This document shows positions 32,131 through 41,804 of a stretch of DNA of 64,000 nucleotides, piece by piece. The DNA is taken from contig JBHLOI010000016.1 in NCBI GenBank assembly GCA_048940645.1, forward strand, positions 1-64,000, written 5' to 3'. This DNA is from Promethearchaeota archaeon (lineage in GTDB: Archaea; Asgardarchaeota; Lokiarchaeia; Sigyniarchaeales; SOKP01). The notes below the pieces were generated by a model. The model made no database searches, was not told the DNA's origin, and saw only the letters and a program-made list of their open reading frames with translations. Position 1 is the first letter of the stretch. The number at the start of each line of letters is the position of its first letter. The position numbers and the translations under genes were made by a program.

Positions 32131-32210
32131 AGCTAAAATTTTTGATGACAAAATGAGGGTAGCTTTAAATAAAATAAGTATAGTTATTTGACTTTCAAAA
32201 AAGTGATTTT

Positions 32211-32609
32211 ATGTATTCTGAAAAAGTTTTAGAACATTTTAAAAACCCTAAGAATATGGGGGAAATGAAAGATGCTGATGCCGTAGGTATTGTTGGAAAT
32301 CCAGTATGTGGTGATTTTATGCATATCTATATTAAAATAGAAGATAGTAAGATAAAAGATATTTCATTTCAAACATTTGGATGTGCTGCAGCAATAGCTA
32401 CATCTTCAATGATTACTGAATTAGCAAAAGGAAAAACTTTAGTGGAAGCTATGAAACTAACTAAAAAGGATGTGGCAGATGCGTTAGATGGTTTACCACC
32501 AATCAAAATGCATTGTTCTAACCTTGCTGCTGAAGGATTACATGAAGCTATTAGGAATTACCAAAAAAAAATTAATTCCAAATACACAAATATGCCATTC
32601 AATAGCTAG
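32211..32609 (+). CDS. iscU: Fe-S cluster scaffold IscU/NifU
   Basis: GNPVCGD, FGCAAAIA, KMHCSNLA. Confidence 0.95.
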   Translation: MYSEKVLEHFKNPKNMGEMKDADAVGIVGNPVCGDFMHIYIKIEDSKIKDISFQTFGCAAAIATSSMITELAKGKTLVEAMKLTKKDVADALDGLPPIKMHCSNLAAEGLHEAIRNYQKKINSKYTNMPFNS

Positions 32610-32692
32610 ATTTTTATCCATAGGCTTTAGAAATAACTCCTTAATTTTTCTGAAATTAATAAACCCATTTAAATTTTTATTAAAAAGCAAAA

Positions 32693-33712
32693 TTATATTA
32701 TATGATTTTCTATTTCATCCATACTTGCTTTGTAATTATTTATACCTTTAACTAGCGAATGATAATTCCTGCCATATCTAACTTGACCATAAGGAGTTTG
32801 AACATCTGAATATCTTAATGTCAATTTTGCTGCAAAACTCAATATTTCACTATTTAAATTTCCGTGAATAACGGTTATTGGTCCTGGAACATTCTCAACT
32901 TCCATAATGATATCTTTTGGATTTTTTAATTTAATTAACTTCTTATTTTCAGATTGATTTCTTCCTACAATTATTTTAGAATCTTTGAATCGAAAGTGCC
33001 TCCCAAGTTTTAAAAGATTTATATCTTTCATGTTATAATTTTTGTTATATTCAAGATAATCTTCCATTCTTCTTGTAAATCCACTATCAGTCAACAAACA
33101 ACCTCCGCACGCATAATATTCATTCAATAAGCCATAATTTCTGGCTATATCAAGTTGAGTCTTTCTACTTCTACCATGTATTCCTAATAATTTTGATCTA
33201 TTAATCATCCCCTTTTTCTCTAAAATCGTTGGTTCTAATAATAATGCAGATAATGGCCTAAGTAGCTTTCCCTTCATACCAGTTTCTTCTTCAATAATGT
33301 TAAGTGCTTTTCTATTTTGAGATTTCGGTCTCTGGTTTAAAACTTCACCAGTAAATATAAAATCTGCTTCAATTTTTTTAGCTATCTTTTTTGCTTTTTT
33401 TAAAATATAAATTCGACAATCAATACAAGGATTTAAGTGACGTCCATAACCAAATTTTGGATTATTTACTATTTTTAAATAATCATCTTCTTTTTGACAA
33501 AAAAGAATTTCCATACCAAATTTTGAATAAAAAGTTTGCAGGCCACATTCTGAATTTTTATAAGCTTTATCGCATATACAGAAAGGTGATTTGAAATTTA
33601 AACCAATGACTTCAATATTTTGTAATTTTAGAATATGAGTTGCTATTAAACTATCTAGTCCCCCCGAGATAAGACCAAGCCCTAGAATTTTATTATTCCT
33701 AATTATGTTCAC
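32693..33712 (-). CDS. PP-loop tRNA thiolase (ThiI/MnmA-like) with DUF814-like C-terminus
   Basis: SGGLDS, NPCIDCR, GEVLNQRPKSQ, GGCLLTD, GRHFR, IVGRN. Confidence 0.82.
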   Translation of the reverse strand: MNIIRNNKILGLGLISGGLDSLIATHILKLQNIEVIGLNFKSPFCICDKAYKNSECGLQTFYSKFGMEILFCQKEDDYLKIVNNPKFGYGRHLNPCIDCRIYILKKAKKIAKKIEADFIFTGEVLNQRPKSQNRKALNIIEEETGMKGKLLRPLSALLLEPTILEKKGMINRSKLLGIHGRSRKTQLDIARNYGLLNEYYACGGCLLTDSGFTRRMEDYLEYNKNYNMKDINLLKLGRHFRFKDSKIIVGRNQSENKKLIKLKNPKDIIMEVENVPGPITVIHGNLNSEILSFAAKLTLRYSDVQTPYGQVRYGRNYHSLVKGINNYKASMDEIENHII

Positions 33713-33732
33713 TTAAATCGATTTTAATTCCT

Positions 33733-33996
33733 TTAGATCCTTTTTAATCTTAATATCCATGTATCTTCCTCAGTATTTATGCGCTTTATTTCTAATACTT
33801 CGGCAAGTTTTTGTCTAGTACAACTATCTGGAATATTTTTTAACGCAGGTGTATAATCTAACATAACTTCCAGAATTTCTCCTTCTTTAAGCTTTTCAAG
33901 AGCTAATTTGGTATAAACAAAAGTCATAGGACAAACTCTACCTCTTATATCTATACTTTTTACATTTTCAGAGGTTAGACTATTATTTATTGACAG
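33733..33996 (-). CDS. tusA: TusA/SirA sulfurtransferase, probable CTG start
   Basis: Frame is open upstream of ATG 33927 and contains IDIRGRVCPMT (catalytic Cys); CTG at 33996 follows GGAGGGG. Confidence 0.85.
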   Translation of the reverse strand: MSINNSLTSENVKSIDIRGRVCPMTFVYTKLALEKLKEGEILEVMLDYTPALKNIPDSCTRQKLAEVLEIKRINTEEDTWILRLKRI

Positions 33997-34793
33997 ATAT
34001 TACCCCTCCCATAATCTAATATCTCAACTAAATCGAGAGCATCTTTTTTACATGCTAAACAATCTGGATCCTTATACAAATCAATGAAGTTAAAACTATA
34101 GTTTAGAAGATCTACATATAAAATCCTATTAATTATTAAATCTCCAATGTTTAAAATATATTTAATCGCCTCGTTTGCCTCAAGACATCCTATAACCCCT
34201 GGAATTAAGCCAATTACTCCTGCTTGAGAACAAGACATTCCTTCATCACCAATGGAAACATCACCAAAAACACATCTGTAGCAAGCAGTTTCCCTTTCAG
34301 GGATAACTGTTATTATCTGACCGTGGAACCTTAAGACACCAGCAATAGTAAATGGTATTCCTAAATTGATGCAAGTATCATTAACCAACATTTTTGTCGG
34401 AAGATTATCAGAACCTTCTATTACAAAATTAGAGTCTTTCAAGAGCTCTTTTGAGTTAGATGATGTTAATCTTTCATTAATTATTTCAATATTACAATCA
34501 GGATTCAACAACTTTAATTTTTGAAAAGCACTATAAGTCTTCTTTCTATGGATATCATTTGTGTAATGAAGTATTTGGCGATGTAAATTCGAAGATTCGA
34601 CCCTATCGAAATCAATTATTCTTAAATTACCAATACCTGCTGCTGCTAAATAATAGGCTGCGGGGGATCCCAAAGCACCTAAACCAATTAAGGTAATTTT
34701 CGAAGATAATAACTTTTCCTGACCAATTCCTCCAACTTCTTTTAAGACAATTTGTCTTGAATACCTTTCAATTTGCTCTTCAGATAATTCCAT
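33987..34793 (-). CDS. moeB: MoeB/ThiF/UbaA E1-like adenylyltransferase
   Basis: RYSRQI, GLGALG, SNLHRQ, DNLPTK, CYRC, SCSQAG, CLAC. Confidence 0.92.
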   Translation of the reverse strand: MELSEEQIERYSRQIVLKEVGGIGQEKLLSSKITLIGLGALGSPAAYYLAAAGIGNLRIIDFDRVESSNLHRQILHYTNDIHRKKTYSAFQKLKLLNPDCNIEIINERLTSSNSKELLKDSNFVIEGSDNLPTKMLVNDTCINLGIPFTIAGVLRFHGQIITVIPERETACYRCVFGDVSIGDEGMSCSQAGVIGLIPGVIGCLEANEAIKYILNIGDLIINRILYVDLLNYSFNFIDLYKDPDCLACKKDALDLVEILDYGRGNICQ

Positions 34794-34946
34794 TATTTAA
34801 AATATTCAGTAAATTTCTTGATACAGATATACCTTTAAACTATTTAAAAATAAGTGCAATAATTACAATAAAATTTTTTTCTATACCCTAAATCTGATTA
34901 AATTTATTATCCTGTTTGATTTCTAGCTTTAGTTTACATTTATTTA

Positions 34947-35162
34947 TTAATAAGCTATTAAATATGTATGCTTTGTTAAATCAAACGGTTCAATAATGAT
35001 ACCATTATGCTTTTCCTTATCAATATTTAAAGGAATTTTTAAAACAAACTTTTCCTCTTTTAAATAGACATTTTCATAAAATCGATTCATTGATTTATCA
35101 TAATCAAGAAATTTATTCAGGTTTATTTTTTTTCTTTTATTAATTATTGAATACATTATCAA
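34947..35162 (-). CDS. Possible small hypothetical protein
   Basis: 71-aa ORF in an otherwise empty gap, no motif. Confidence 0.3.
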   Translation of the reverse strand: MIMYSIINKRKKINLNKFLDYDKSMNRFYENVYLKEEKFVLKIPLNIDKEKHNGIIIEPFDLTKHTYLIAY

Positions 35163-35406
35163 ATCCTTGATTAATTATTTGAAATAAAATCACATAGTTT
35201 TAGAGAAAATACCCTAAATAAATTAACGCATTATATCATATCAAACAGTTATAATTTTGTCTTATATGATAGAAAGTATTGATTTTATAAATGAAAAAAA
35301 CTGTTTATAAATGTAAAAAAACTTATTTTTTAAATTATAGACCATGCATGGAAGGTATAATCAGGATACTTACTCCTATTGACAACTTGTAAATTAAATT
35401 TTTTCT

Positions 35407-36354
35407 CTAAAAAGGGAATCTTTTTATTTTATCTATGGTCTCTGAATCAAATTTAGAAAGAGCATAAGAGGCAACAGGCACAATACACCCACAATTTTCG
35501 CATAATAGTGGAGAATTACCCATTACACAAAATTTCCGTTGACCATTAGGGTAATAACTTTTTACACCTCCCCTTTTAAAAATGCAATATGGTACAAACT
35601 CTTTTGTAATATATAATTCAAGCATTTTCTTAGAAATTAAAATAAAATCACCATAATCCCTCAAAACTTTTAATATACTCCCAGCTACAGATTTTAATCT
35701 TTCTCCCTTTACTAATAAGGGATCATAAGGATATCCTGTATAAATCAAAAAGAATATACCTGATACGCCTGTCTCATAAGCAATTTTTACTACGCTTCCA
35801 ACTTCTTTATAATTTAACGCTGTTATGGTAGTGGATATTAAAACCCTCTTATCATTTTCAATATTTTCAATTACTTTATGAAAAATATTCGCACCACGAA
35901 TAGAATTATGCATTTTTTCTCCACCATCCAAACTAACCCAATAAACAGGCTGTTTTTGATGTTTAAACCATGGTAGTTTTAAAATTCCATTTGAAGCGAT
36001 TTGTACAGAGGGAAAAAGTTTTACGGCTTTATGCAATAAGCCCATTCTAAGAGTAGGCTCTCCTCCTGTTAATGATGCACTTATGATCCCCATATCACTA
36101 TGATATTTAAAAACTTTAAGCCATTGGTCATCTGTCAACTCTTGTCTACTTTTTGCTGAATTAGACTTCAATTCTTTAGTAGAAGCTATGAAGTAACAAT
36201 GTTTACATCTTAAATTGCACTGCCATGTTAAATCATAGTTTACACTTAAAGGAATTTTCCTTGATCTGTATTTTAAAAAATAGAATCCCCCTAAGATCCC
36301 TTTTCTAATATTTTCTAATGTCAGTAATTTAGGTTTGGGGTTCGAGTTTACCAC
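35407..36354 (-). CDS. Radical SAM protein with C-terminal auxiliary Cys cluster
   Basis: CNLRCKHC, TGGEP, SLDG, C-terminal C..CVM..CENCGC. Confidence 0.9.
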   Translation of the reverse strand: MVNSNPKPKLLTLENIRKGILGGFYFLKYRSRKIPLSVNYDLTWQCNLRCKHCYFIASTKELKSNSAKSRQELTDDQWLKVFKYHSDMGIISASLTGGEPTLRMGLLHKAVKLFPSVQIASNGILKLPWFKHQKQPVYWVSLDGGEKMHNSIRGANIFHKVIENIENDKRVLISTTITALNYKEVGSVVKIAYETGVSGIFFLIYTGYPYDPLLVKGERLKSVAGSILKVLRDYGDFILISKKMLELYITKEFVPYCIFKRGGVKSYYPNGQRKFCVMGNSPLLCENCGCIVPVASYALSKFDSETIDKIKRFPF

Positions 36355-36451
36355 CTATTTTATTATCAAACATATTAATCAGAAATAATCTATTTTACTT
36401 TATTACTTTATTTCAAAAAACATTTAATATAATTGTATTGTAGTTAAGATT

Positions 36452-36787
36452 ATGGATAATAAAGTTGAGGAGTATATAGAAAACCAAAAATCTCCCCAAA
36501 AAGAGATTTGCCAAAAATTGAGGGAAATTATATTAAACAAATTCCCTAATATTAAAGAAGAAATGAAATATGGAGTTCCTTATTATGGAAATAAATATTA
36601 TATTGTTGCTCTAAAAACTCATGTCAATCTGGGTTTCTCAATTACGGATTTAACAAAAAAAGAGTTATCTCTTTTAGAAGGTAAGGGTAAAACAACGAGG
36701 CATCTTAAAGTTAATTCCTTTGAAGAAATTGATGAAGGACAAATCTTGAAGTTGTTAAAAATGGTAATGGATAAACAATCTTTATAA
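36452..36787 (+). CDS. DUF1801 (YdhG-like) protein
   Basis: KEEMKYGVPYY, HVNLGF, LEGKGKTTRHLK. Confidence 0.85.
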   Translation: MDNKVEEYIENQKSPQKEICQKLREIILNKFPNIKEEMKYGVPYYGNKYYIVALKTHVNLGFSITDLTKKELSLLEGKGKTTRHLKVNSFEEIDEGQILKLLKMVMDKQSL

Positions 36788-36807
36788 AATACTTTTTTTC
36801 TTAAGAA

Positions 36808-37623
36808 TTACATTTTGGAGACAAAATATCTGAATTTATTACTCTCATCATTAATTTCCCATGCGTGAAAAAAGTCAAATGGAATTTTACTTTCCCAAAG
36901 AATTTCAATATTTTTTACTCCACTGTAAAGATCTGTTAAAAGCGTCTTATCACATGGATATTTTCTATGTGAAGGATAAAGCTCAACAATTTTTTGTTTT
37001 TCACATAATTTTATTAATCTAGAAAGAGTATCAAGAACTTGAGGAAAATTTTCTCGTTTAGGTAAAAATTGATCACCATAGTAGGCTACATCACTTGTAA
37101 AAAGTTCGCTTTTGCTTGTAAGTAGACATATTGAACCAGGAGAATGTCCTGGACAATGGATAACTTCTATTTCTAATCCTCCTAAATCAAAAATATCCTT
37201 ATCTTTTAAAGTTTTAATCAATTTTGCTGGAGGAATTAAAAAGTTTTGTTTCGCATAGTGATTAACAATTTCATTAGGAGAATCTTTTAAATATGAAACA
37301 TCATAAGGTTTCGAAACAATATCAGATTCATTTTCATGAACATAAATTTCTCCAAATTCAACATTTCCTAAAACATGATCCCAATGAGTGTGTGTATTGA
37401 AAACTAATAACTTTCTTTTACCAATTAAATCATCCACAACTGGTTTTAAAGGATAAAGTCCACATCCTGTATCAAGTAAAAGAGCAGTGTGAGCTCCTAA
37501 AATTAAATACATATTGAGAGGATCGTTAGTATAAACAGGATGGACAATGGATATATTTTCTTGAATTACAAATAAGTAATCCTTATGTTTTGAAGTTTTA
37601 AAATACTGTTTATTATTACTCAT
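36808..37623 (-). CDS. Metallo-beta-lactamase fold hydrolase
   Basis: LDTG, THTHWDH, PGHSPGS, SD, PSH. Confidence 0.9.
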   Translation of the reverse strand: MSNNKQYFKTSKHKDYLFVIQENISIVHPVYTNDPLNMYLILGAHTALLLDTGCGLYPLKPVVDDLIGKRKLLVFNTHTHWDHVLGNVEFGEIYVHENESDIVSKPYDVSYLKDSPNEIVNHYAKQNFLIPPAKLIKTLKDKDIFDLGGLEIEVIHCPGHSPGSICLLTSKSELFTSDVAYYGDQFLPKRENFPQVLDTLSRLIKLCEKQKIVELYPSHRKYPCDKTLLTDLYSGVKNIEILWESKIPFDFFHAWEINDESNKFRYFVSKM

Positions 37624-37742
37624 AGTTCAACTAATGTATAAAGCAGATTTAATTATAATTGTTTATTACATTATTTAATTGCTTAAAATAATATAAATTC
37701 ATAAGAAAATTTAAGTAAAAAAAATTTAATTTGCTGATATTT

Positions 37743-38897
37743 ATGGATTTTTCGTTAACAGAAAAACAGAAAATGATTAGAGAGAAAACCCGAGAATTTT
37801 GCGAGGAATGTATTATCCCTGTAGCTGAGGAATCAGACCAAAAACAGGAATTAGATCCTATTGTTATGGAGAAAATGAAAGAAATGAACTATTTTGGCTC
37901 ATGTATCCCTGAAGAGTATGGGGGTGCGGGTTTACATAATGATACGATAGCTTTTGCCATAGTTACAGAAGAGATTGGGAGAGTAGATGCTTCTTGGTCT
38001 ATTACAACTGGAGTTCATTGTAGTGTTTGCACATATCCTATTTATAGGTTTGGCACTGAGGAACAAAAGCAACAATTTCTTATTGATCTTGCTAAAGGTA
38101 ATAAAATTGGTGCATTTTGTTTAACTGAAGCCAACGCTGGTTCTGATGCTGGAGGTGTCCAATTGACTGCAGAAAAAGATGGTGATGAGTATATTTTGAA
38201 CGGATCTAAAATATTTGCTACTAATGGAGGAATTGCAGAAACTTTATTAGTTGTTGGTAAAACTGGTGAAAAAGGTGGTAGAAAGGAATTGACAGTGTTT
38301 ATCGTAGATACAAATACTCCAGGATATTCTGTTGGTGTAAAAGAAGATAAATTAGGTGTCAGAGCATCAAATACTTCAGAACTCGTTTTTGACAATGTAA
38401 TAGTGCCAGAAGAAAATATTTTAGGTCAAGTAGGTGCAGGATTCAGATTGGGGCTCCAAATTCTGGATTATGGCAGAATTACGATTGCTGCTCAGTGTCT
38501 TGGGCTAGCTCAGGGTTGTTTAGAAGCTGCTGTTAAATATGCAAACGAACGAGAACAATTTGGACAAAAAATTGCCAGATTTCAAGGGATTCAATGGAAG
38601 ATTGCTGATATGACTACAGCTGTAGAATCATCGCGATTACTTACTTATAAAGCAGCGTGGATGTGTGATCAAGGTATGGATTATGGATTAACAGCATCAA
38701 TGGCGAAATTAGTTGCTTCTGAAGCAGGAATGATGGCAGCACATCAAGCAGTGCAGATCCATGGTGGATATGGTTTAATGAAAGCTTACCCTGTTGAAAG
38801 AATGTTTCGAGATGCGAAGATGGGTGAGATTTATGAAGGTACAAGTGAAATCCAAAGAATGGTTATAGCAAATCACATGTTAAGACAAAAATATTAA
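37743..38897 (+). CDS. Acyl-CoA dehydrogenase (butyryl-CoA dehydrogenase-like)
   Basis: CLTEANAGSDA, NGSKIFATNG, REQFG, QIHGGYG, IYEGTSEIQR. Confidence 0.95.
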   Translation: MDFSLTEKQKMIREKTREFCEECIIPVAEESDQKQELDPIVMEKMKEMNYFGSCIPEEYGGAGLHNDTIAFAIVTEEIGRVDASWSITTGVHCSVCTYPIYRFGTEEQKQQFLIDLAKGNKIGAFCLTEANAGSDAGGVQLTAEKDGDEYILNGSKIFATNGGIAETLLVVGKTGEKGGRKELTVFIVDTNTPGYSVGVKEDKLGVRASNTSELVFDNVIVPEENILGQVGAGFRLGLQILDYGRITIAAQCLGLAQGCLEAAVKYANEREQFGQKIARFQGIQWKIADMTTAVESSRLLTYKAAWMCDQGMDYGLTASMAKLVASEAGMMAAHQAVQIHGGYGLMKAYPVERMFRDAKMGEIYEGTSEIQRMVIANHMLRQKY

Positions 38898-39002
38898 TTT
38901 TGAATTTTTTATATTCTTTTATTTATTAGTTTTATATCTTTCTTAGCACACCAAATTGAGATTTCAAATTTATGCTATTCAAGGTAAATGGTATTAATAT
39001 TA

Positions 39003-39045
39003 ATGAATTTTTCATTGAAATTAGATGCTGAATTTATCTTTCCAT
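39003..39045 (+). repeat. Dispersed repeat copy A (core CTGAATTTATCTTTCCAT at 39028)
   Basis: 34/42 identity to copy B by hand alignment; core shared with copy C. Confidence 0.7.
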
Positions 39046-39168
39046 TCCAATTTCACAGAAAATTGGGACACAATTCATTTTATTAATGATACATTGGAAT
39101 ACTATAAACCCAAATGAGGATAAATATATAATATAATATATTGTAATATTAATAACAAAACTTCAGAA

Positions 39169-40008
39169 GTGAATCATTTTATAACTATCCTTAAAAACCC
39201 AAATCAGACTGAAATTGAATATGCAATTGAATTCAATCTTTATGAATTTTTTAGATCGATGGTACATAGTGATCTTAAAGATAACCTATATGAAGAGTCT
39301 GAGGGGTTCTCCAGATTCTCAACGGGTGTCTCATTTTTTTTCTTTAATGGGGTAATAGATAATCATATTTCCTCAGAAAATATCACGAAAACAATAAAGG
39401 AAAACATTACTTTCTTTGAAAAGAGACAAGTACCCTTTCTCTGGGTACTTGGCCCATCAAGTACTCCTAAAAATATGGGAGAACTATTAATTAAAAATGG
39501 ATTCATCGTTGATAAACTTCAGGGTATGGCTTATAACCTAAAAATGATGAACACAGAAAGAGAACTTTTAAATAAAGTAAAGATAGTGAAGGTTGAAAGT
39601 ATGGATAATCTAAAAGTGTGGAATAACATAATTTTAACGGGTTTTGATTTTCCAGAAGAAGTACGACCTAATTTCTTTTTCGAAGCGTTCTTATTTATAC
39701 TTTTGAACAATAGAGCCTCTGCAAGTGCATTCTTAGCATATTATGATGGAAATCCTGTCGCTTCTTCATTAGTATTATATAAAGCAGGTGTTGCAGGTAT
39801 TCATATGGTTACTACATTAGAAGAAGCACGTAGGAAAGGGATTGGTACTGCTATAACTCTTGGCTCCCTAAGCGAGGCTAAGAAATTAGGATATGAGATT
39901 GCAATTCTTCACTCAACTGAGATGGGTTTAAATATGTATAAATGGATGGGTTTTAAGGAATATTGCCCGATAGAATTGTTTATATGGCAACTTGACTCGA
40001 AGGACTAA
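39169..40008 (+). CDS. GNAT acetyltransferase
   Basis: PFLWVLGPS, VTTLEEARRKGIG, LHSTEMG..MY..MGF. Confidence 0.88.
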   Translation: MNHFITILKNPNQTEIEYAIEFNLYEFFRSMVHSDLKDNLYEESEGFSRFSTGVSFFFFNGVIDNHISSENITKTIKENITFFEKRQVPFLWVLGPSSTPKNMGELLIKNGFIVDKLQGMAYNLKMMNTERELLNKVKIVKVESMDNLKVWNNIILTGFDFPEEVRPNFFFEAFLFILLNNRASASAFLAYYDGNPVASSLVLYKAGVAGIHMVTTLEEARRKGIGTAITLGSLSEAKKLGYEIAILHSTEMGLNMYKWMGFKEYCPIELFIWQLDSKD

Positions 40009-40015
40009 TCTTTTC

Positions 40016-40058
40016 ATTAAATTTTTATTGAAATCAGACTCTGAATTTACCTTTTCAG
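40016..40058 (+). repeat. Dispersed repeat copy B (core CTGAATTTACCTTTTCAG at 40041)
   Basis: Core forms CTGAA-N8-TTCAG inverted repeat. Confidence 0.7.
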
Positions 40059-40108
40059 CGAAGATTACTGAATTATAGCCCATCTTTATGCACTTGCTTA
40101 CATCTTTC

Positions 40109-41032
40109 TCAATAGTAATAGAAATATTTACCCTCACGGTATCCTCGGTGTACATCGTCACGAGAATACAACTTATCTAATCCATCTCCGATTTGCTCTG
40201 GAGTTGTTCCATTGAATTCCTGAGGCATACCCAATTTATCTTTTCTTTTCCAAATTGCATCAGGAGTGAAAGCACTTCCTTGATTGTTGACCAGAAATTC
40301 GAATAAATAATACTCAAAGTCAGAAGGTTTTAATCGGGATTCATAATTAATTTCATACTTACTTAATTCATGAGTTTTTAATAGGGTTTTTTCTATTAGG
40401 TCAAAAATCATGGCTCTTCTACAACGGAAATCTTGCTTATTTTCTTGTTTATCTCTTGTTGAAGCAATCGTGAATCTGATCTCTTTCAAGCCTGATTCAT
40501 ACAGAGGATAAAGAGGTATGGAATAAGTTAAAGTAGACGTTCTTTCTATGTTAAATGCCTTAATAATGGGCAGATTACAATTAAAATTTTGCAGCATCTC
40601 TTTTGAAAGTGTCTTTGCAAGCTCATTCTCTATTAAATCTTCAAACGAGTGTATTTCTCGTTCAACATCAGATTTTACTATTGATGACAATGCGCCTGTT
40701 CCAATAGGTCCGGCCAATAGTCCGGCTGCAATAATTGCAGCTGTCTGCTTTCCAGTAAATTTTGATCTCACTTCTTTAGTAAACCCAATCCCAGCAATCC
40801 TTAAATTTGTAAGGAGTAATTTTCCTTCAAAAACTTTGTTACCCCAATTTGCCTTCCCCTTAAAAGAGGCCACTAGATGTTCTCGTTCATTATTTTCGAA
40901 ATATGAATTATCCTGCTCGCTTTCTATCAGAACTCTGCTCCCTTCTTGGTCGATATGAGGAGTACCACACTCAGGACAGATATTCCAGTCATCGAGTATT
41001 TCCTTTCCACAATTTGTACAATATTTGCTCAT
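40109..41032 (-). CDS. Zn-ribbon + PH/GRAM-like + hydrophobic Gly-rich segment + C-terminal winged-helix-like protein
   Basis: CTNCG..CPECG, EGKLLLTNLRI, AAIIAAGLLAGPIG, C-terminal LFEFL..NQGSAFT...GKYFYY. Confidence 0.7.
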   Translation of the reverse strand: MSKYCTNCGKEILDDWNICPECGTPHIDQEGSRVLIESEQDNSYFENNEREHLVASFKGKANWGNKVFEGKLLLTNLRIAGIGFTKEVRSKFTGKQTAAIIAAGLLAGPIGTGALSSIVKSDVEREIHSFEDLIENELAKTLSKEMLQNFNCNLPIIKAFNIERTSTLTYSIPLYPLYESGLKEIRFTIASTRDKQENKQDFRCRRAMIFDLIEKTLLKTHELSKYEINYESRLKPSDFEYYLFEFLVNNQGSAFTPDAIWKRKDKLGMPQEFNGTTPEQIGDGLDKLYSRDDVHRGYREGKYFYYY

Positions 41033-41125
41033 TTTTTTCTACACAAAATTTTTACCACTTGATTATATGACTCCTGATTTAATAAAGATTCGTATCTATA
41101 ATTATATTTTAATTCACTAAATTCA

Positions 41126-41143
41126 CTGAATTTACCTTTCCAT
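41126..41143 (+). repeat. Dispersed repeat copy C (CTGAATTTACCTTTCCAT)
   Basis: 17/18 identical to core A; first 14 nt identical to core B. Confidence 0.7.
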
Positions 41144-41240
41144 ATCAAAAGAAATTCATGTGTTCAAGTTTCACAATTATTAAGGTTCTGCTTGAGATTC
41201 TTGAATTCTTATAATTTCTTAATTTTTTAGAAATAGGTTT

Positions 41241-41726
41241 TTATTCTTTAATATCAATATTTTTTATCAATTCTTCAAATTCTTTCTTTAAAAGAAAACC
41301 CTTATAGGATAAAGTTTCCTTAATTTCTTCTAATATATTGTCTAAATTTGAAAAACTTAATTTTTTAATTTGAGATTCTATCTGGTTGAATTTTTCCTTT
41401 AGCGTTTTATTTTCTAAATTAAAATTGGATACTTCATGTTCTTTTGATATAACGTTATTTCTTATTTCTTCAATCTCTTTATCAATAAAAGCTAATTTTA
41501 ATTTTGATTTTTCTAAAATAATTTCTAACTTTTTAATTTCTTCTTCTACATATCCTAATTTTGCCTTTATTTCTCTAGATTTGTTTCTATGTTCCCCCAA
41601 TGATGTTATTAATTCACTTATCAGTTGATTTTGTTGTTTGATTTCTATCTCTTTTTTGTTCAGTTCTTTCTCTAAATTGGTAATTATTCCATTAATATCC
41701 TCGGATTTAACAGGCCAATCGAACAT
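41241..41726 (-). CDS. Coiled-coil protein, paralog of 43379-43861
   Basis: MFDWP start, heptad-rich middle, KETLSYKGFLLKKEFE end; ATG 41726 gives 161 aa. Confidence 0.8.
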   Translation of the reverse strand: MFDWPVKSEDINGIITNLEKELNKKEIEIKQQNQLISELITSLGEHRNKSREIKAKLGYVEEEIKKLEIILEKSKLKLAFIDKEIEEIRNNVISKEHEVSNFNLENKTLKEKFNQIESQIKKLSFSNLDNILEEIKETLSYKGFLLKKEFEELIKNIDIKE

Positions 41727-41804
41727 TTGAATATGGTATTTAATATTTCTATTAAGAATTAGTATAAACAATCCTAAAAAAATTTAATCCTATATGTAAA
41801 AACT

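Noticed and set aside
39928-40161. 77-aa minus-strand ORF spanning repeat B
   Set aside because: Overlaps both neighbouring genes, no motif; the repeat copies A and C are not in comparable ORFs
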